Assembly (NCBI GenBank): GCA_964396015.1
Contig: CAYNBW010000001.1
Location: 1-38,434 of the forward strand
Direction: 5' to 3'
Length of the DNA stretch: 38,434 nt
Origin: an uncultured Candidatus Saccharibacteria bacterium
GTDB lineage: Bacteria > Patescibacteriota > Saccharimonadia > Saccharimonadales > Saccharimonadaceae
Both the position numbers and the translations under genes were made by a program. Within the stretch, counting starts at the first letter, position 1. The number at the start of each line of letters is the position of its first letter. Shown here piece after piece: positions 35,934 through 38,434 of this stretch. Below the pieces are notes generated by a model that saw only the letters and a program-made list of their open reading frames with translations, searched no databases and had not been told where the DNA came from.

Positions 35934-35962
35934 ATTGTAGCACGGCTGGAAAGCAAATGCAA
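35934..35962 (-). promoter_or_regulatory. Promoter TTGCAT-N17-TACAAT with TG extension for the leader and FISUMP gene
   Basis: atgcaa at 35957-35962 and attgta at 35934-35939 on + strand. Confidence 0.7.
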
Positions 35963-36086
35963 CGTTGATTTTTTATGTAAAATGTGTTGTAACATGGTGA
36001 TTTGGGGTGAAAGTGGTGAGGATTCGTTGGAAATATGCAGAGAAGTGCTTGGGGATGTGATATAATGGGGGAAAGGAGTTATTTTT

Positions 36087-37286
36087 ATGGCAACAAACAT
36101 TACTAAAATATTCTTGGTTTTGAACTCGGGGTCGTCGAGTGAGAAGTTTTCGTTGTATGAGGGGGAGGATGAGGTGTGCTCGCTGTATTTTGAGGGAGTA
36201 GAGATTGAGGGGAAGAAGAAGTTTATTTGCACGGTGACGAAAGAGGACGGGACGGAGTACGAGGTGGATAAGAAGTGGGATACGCTGGATGATGCGTTTG
36301 TGGAGGCGAAGGCGATTTTTGAGAAGGAGGGGTACATCAACGAGGCGCATCCGCTGGATGGGATATTGGTGCGGACGCCAGCGGCGGGGACGTATTTTTC
36401 GCAACATCATATTGTGGACGACGAGACGTTTCGTGAACTTGAGAAGGCGAAGCTGACGTATCCTTTGCACGTGCCGGGGGCGATACGGGGGGTGAAGAAT
36501 GCGATTGCGGCTTTCCCGGGGGTGCCGGTGATGACGATGAGCGATTCGGAGTTTTTGACGGCGGAGTCGCGGCGGGATGCTGATTATGCTTTGCCTGAGG
36601 CGGTGGTGGAGGAGTTTGACCTGGGGCGGTGGGGCGCACATGGGTCGTCGTATGGGTACGTGATGGGACGCGTGAAAGAGTTGGGGCTAATTGAGAAGAA
36701 GATGATTGTGTGTCATCTCGGGTCGGGGTGCTCGGTGACTGGGTTTATCGACGGGGAGCCGGCCTACACTTCGATGGGCGAGACGCCGCTCGAAGGGCTG
36801 ATGTCGTCGACGAGGACGGGGTCGATTGATCCGACGGTGGGAGCGCTGCTGGGTGAGAAGTTGGGGGCGGCTGAGGCGATTAAAGTGCTGAACAAAGAAT
36901 CAGGGCTTATGGCGCTGGCGGGGTCGAGTGATATGCGGGAGATTATTGCGGGGGCGGAAGAGGGGCGAGCCGAGGCGGTGGCGGCGTATAATATGTTTGT
37001 CGATGGAGTGGCGGGGAAAATCGGCGAGTTTGCGGCGAAGATGGGCGGGGTGGATGCGATTGTGTTTACCGCGACGATTGGCGAGCGGTCGATACCGGTG
37101 CGGTCGGCGGTGATGGCGCATCTGGAGTTTATGGGCTTTAAGATTCGGAGTGAGGCGGCGATGGATAAGGGGGCGGGGTATACGAATATTGCCGAGGAAG
37201 GGTCGAAGCCGGTGTATATTATACCGACTAATGAGGCGGCGTATATGATTAAGAAAGCTGCTGAACTGATTGATGGCGTGGCGTAA
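36087..37286 (+). CDS. ackA: Acetate/propionate kinase
   Basis: LVLNSGSSSEKF, PLH, WGAHGSSY, CHLGSGCS, TSMGETPLEGLMSSTRTGSIDP, DAIVFTATIGE, IPTNE; SD AAAGGAG. Confidence 0.93.
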   Translation: MATNITKIFLVLNSGSSSEKFSLYEGEDEVCSLYFEGVEIEGKKKFICTVTKEDGTEYEVDKKWDTLDDAFVEAKAIFEKEGYINEAHPLDGILVRTPAAGTYFSQHHIVDDETFRELEKAKLTYPLHVPGAIRGVKNAIAAFPGVPVMTMSDSEFLTAESRRDADYALPEAVVEEFDLGRWGAHGSSYGYVMGRVKELGLIEKKMIVCHLGSGCSVTGFIDGEPAYTSMGETPLEGLMSSTRTGSIDPTVGALLGEKLGAAEAIKVLNKESGLMALAGSSDMREIIAGAEEGRAEAVAAYNMFVDGVAGKIGEFAAKMGGVDAIVFTATIGERSIPVRSAVMAHLEFMGFKIRSEAAMDKGAGYTNIAEEGSKPVYIIPTNEAAYMIKKAAELIDGVA

Positions 37287-37899
37287 TGATCAGGTGTTGG
37301 AGGGGGAGACAGAGGAGATCTTGAGAGTAGCTCGGGAGTGTTTGACACTCCCGGATGGGGGAGATTTTGTGGAGATGGGGTGCTATAGAGGCGATACGTC
37401 TTTGCTTTTGGCGGAGGTTGTCCAGCATGGCGCGAGGTTGTGGTTGTACGATTCGTTTGAGGGGTTGCCGGAGAAGACGGAGGCTGATGTGTCGGTACTA
37501 GGGGAAGAGTTTCGGGGCGGGGCGCTCTTGGTGGCGAAAAGAGAGGTGAAGGAGAGGTTTCTCCGGGCGGGGCTAGCGGTGCCGGTGATACGGAAGGCGT
37601 GGTTTTCTGACTTGACGGTGGCGGATATGCCGGAGGCGATTGCGTTTGCGTTTTTGGACGGGGATTTTTATGAGTCGATACGGGATTGTTTGCGTTTGGT
37701 GGAGGGGTTGATGGTGGAGGGTGGGGTGATTTTGGTGCATGACTATGGGAATGTGGCGCTACCGGGGGTGGCTAAAGCGGTGGATGAGTGGCTGAGAGGC
37801 AGGACTGGGGCGAGGACGCGGAGGTTTGAGAGTTTGGTGGAAATTACGGTGGGGAAGAGGGGTGATAACAGGGGCGATGGTGAGGTCGAGGGGGATTAG
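37273..37899 (+). CDS. TylF/MycF-family SAM-dependent O-methyltransferase
   Basis: GDFVEMGCYRG, YDSFEGLP, AFLDGDFYES, GGVILVHDY..LPGV. Confidence 0.88.
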   Translation: MAWRNDQVLEGETEEILRVARECLTLPDGGDFVEMGCYRGDTSLLLAEVVQHGARLWLYDSFEGLPEKTEADVSVLGEEFRGGALLVAKREVKERFLRAGLAVPVIRKAWFSDLTVADMPEAIAFAFLDGDFYESIRDCLRLVEGLMVEGGVILVHDYGNVALPGVAKAVDEWLRGRTGARTRRFESLVEITVGKRGDNRGDGEVEGD

Positions 37900-37908
37900 C
37901 ATAAATAA

Positions 37909-37935
37909 TTAGCACTCGGGGGTTGCAAGTGCTAA
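37909..37935 (+). promoter_or_regulatory. CIRCE element (HrcA operator)
   Basis: TTAGCACTC-N9-AAGTGCTAA (one mismatch to consensus), overlapping -35 TTGCAA at 37923-37928; -10 TATAAT at 37945-37950. Confidence 0.92.
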
Positions 37936-38008
37936 TTTTTGTGCTATAATAGAGTAAAGGGCGTGGTGTCGGAATAAACGACCGCGCTGGAATAAGAAAG
38001 GAGTAATA

Positions 38009-38263
38009 ATGGCATTAAAACCGCTTAAAGATAGAATCGTGGCTGTAGTGGAGAAGCCACAAGAGAAAACCGCATCGGGGATTTTGCTGGGGGAGGCGAA
38101 AGAGAAACCGGCGTATGCGGTGGTGGAATCGGTGGGGACGGACGTCAAAGATGTAAAAAAGGGCGACAAAATCGTTTATAAAGAGTATTCCACGACTAAT
38201 ATAAAGTTGGATGACACTGAGTACATTATTTTGAAAGAAGAGGACGTCTTGGCGACTTTATAG
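38009..38263 (+). CDS. groES: Co-chaperonin GroES
   Basis: LKPLKDRIV, KTASGILL, VKKGDKIVY, ILKEEDVLA; SD AAAGGAG. Confidence 0.97.
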   Translation: MALKPLKDRIVAVVEKPQEKTASGILLGEAKEKPAYAVVESVGTDVKDVKKGDKIVYKEYSTTNIKLDDTEYIILKEEDVLATL

Positions 38264-38272
38264 AGAGCGGGT

Positions 38273-38326
38273 TGTGGAAAACCTGCGGAAAAGTCGGTGG
38301 AAAAGTGGGGGATAAAATGTGTAAAA
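38273..38326 (+). repeat. Phased array of DnaA-box-like 9-mers
   Basis: TGTGGAAAA 38273, TGCGGAAAA 38284, GGTGGAAAA 38296, GGGGGATAA 38307, TGTGTAAAA 38318. Confidence 0.6.
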
Positions 38327-38379
38327 GGCGGGGGCGTACAGAGAATGCGTGGGGGATAAGAATTAAATAAGGAGAAAAT

Positions 38380-38434
38380 ATGGCAAAGAAAATTTATTAT
38401 GAAGCAGAGGCACGGGAAAAAGTGCTGTCGGGGG
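38380..38434 (+). CDS. groEL: Chaperonin GroEL (5' end only)
   Basis: SD AAGGAG, then MAKKIYYEAEAREKVLSG directly after groES. Confidence 0.9.
   Translation, partial: MAKKIYYEAEAREKVLSG

Noticed and set aside
37960-37988. Hairpin in the groES leader as an RNA thermometer
   Set aside because: Weak and bulged, and it does not cover the SD; CIRCE already explains heat regulation.
1-38434. Alternative genetic code, tRNA/rRNA, transposase, integrase or prophage genes
   Set aside because: TGA terminates glf, wecB and uvrA at expected lengths; no such genes were recognised.

Overview
Chromosomal, origin-proximal window of a small-genome bacterium using code 11 (TGA is a stop), most consistent with Candidatus Saccharibacteria (TM7/Patescibacteria). 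That assignment is an inference from gene content and protein style. Order: partial dnaA (- strand), a DnaA-box region, rpmH-rnpA-yidC-jag, an LCP ligase, a LexA-like protein with only the DNA-binding domain, a CotH kinase, a ricin-lectin surface protein, an ~18 kb cell-surface glycan locus (many GT2/GT4/GT-C enzymes, wecB, glf, galE, wzm/wzt, deacetylase), uvrA, an ABC exporter, a two-domain FISUMP surface protein, ackA, a TylF methyltransferase and CIRCE-groES-groEL. Most interesting signals: (1) the FISUMP gene has two segments that look like diversity-generating retroelement (DGR) variable regions, and a long, switch-like structured RNA leader; (2) a 2.8 kb two-gene block with reversed GC skew is bounded by 15-bp inverted repeats that are themselves promoters; (3) many genes have their own, often extended, -10 box 5-9 nt before the ATG, implying leaderless mRNAs; (4) a helically phased DnaA-box-like array lies between groES and groEL; (5) a 120-bp palindromic element overlaps the rpmH stop. 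All calls were made by eye, without database searches.
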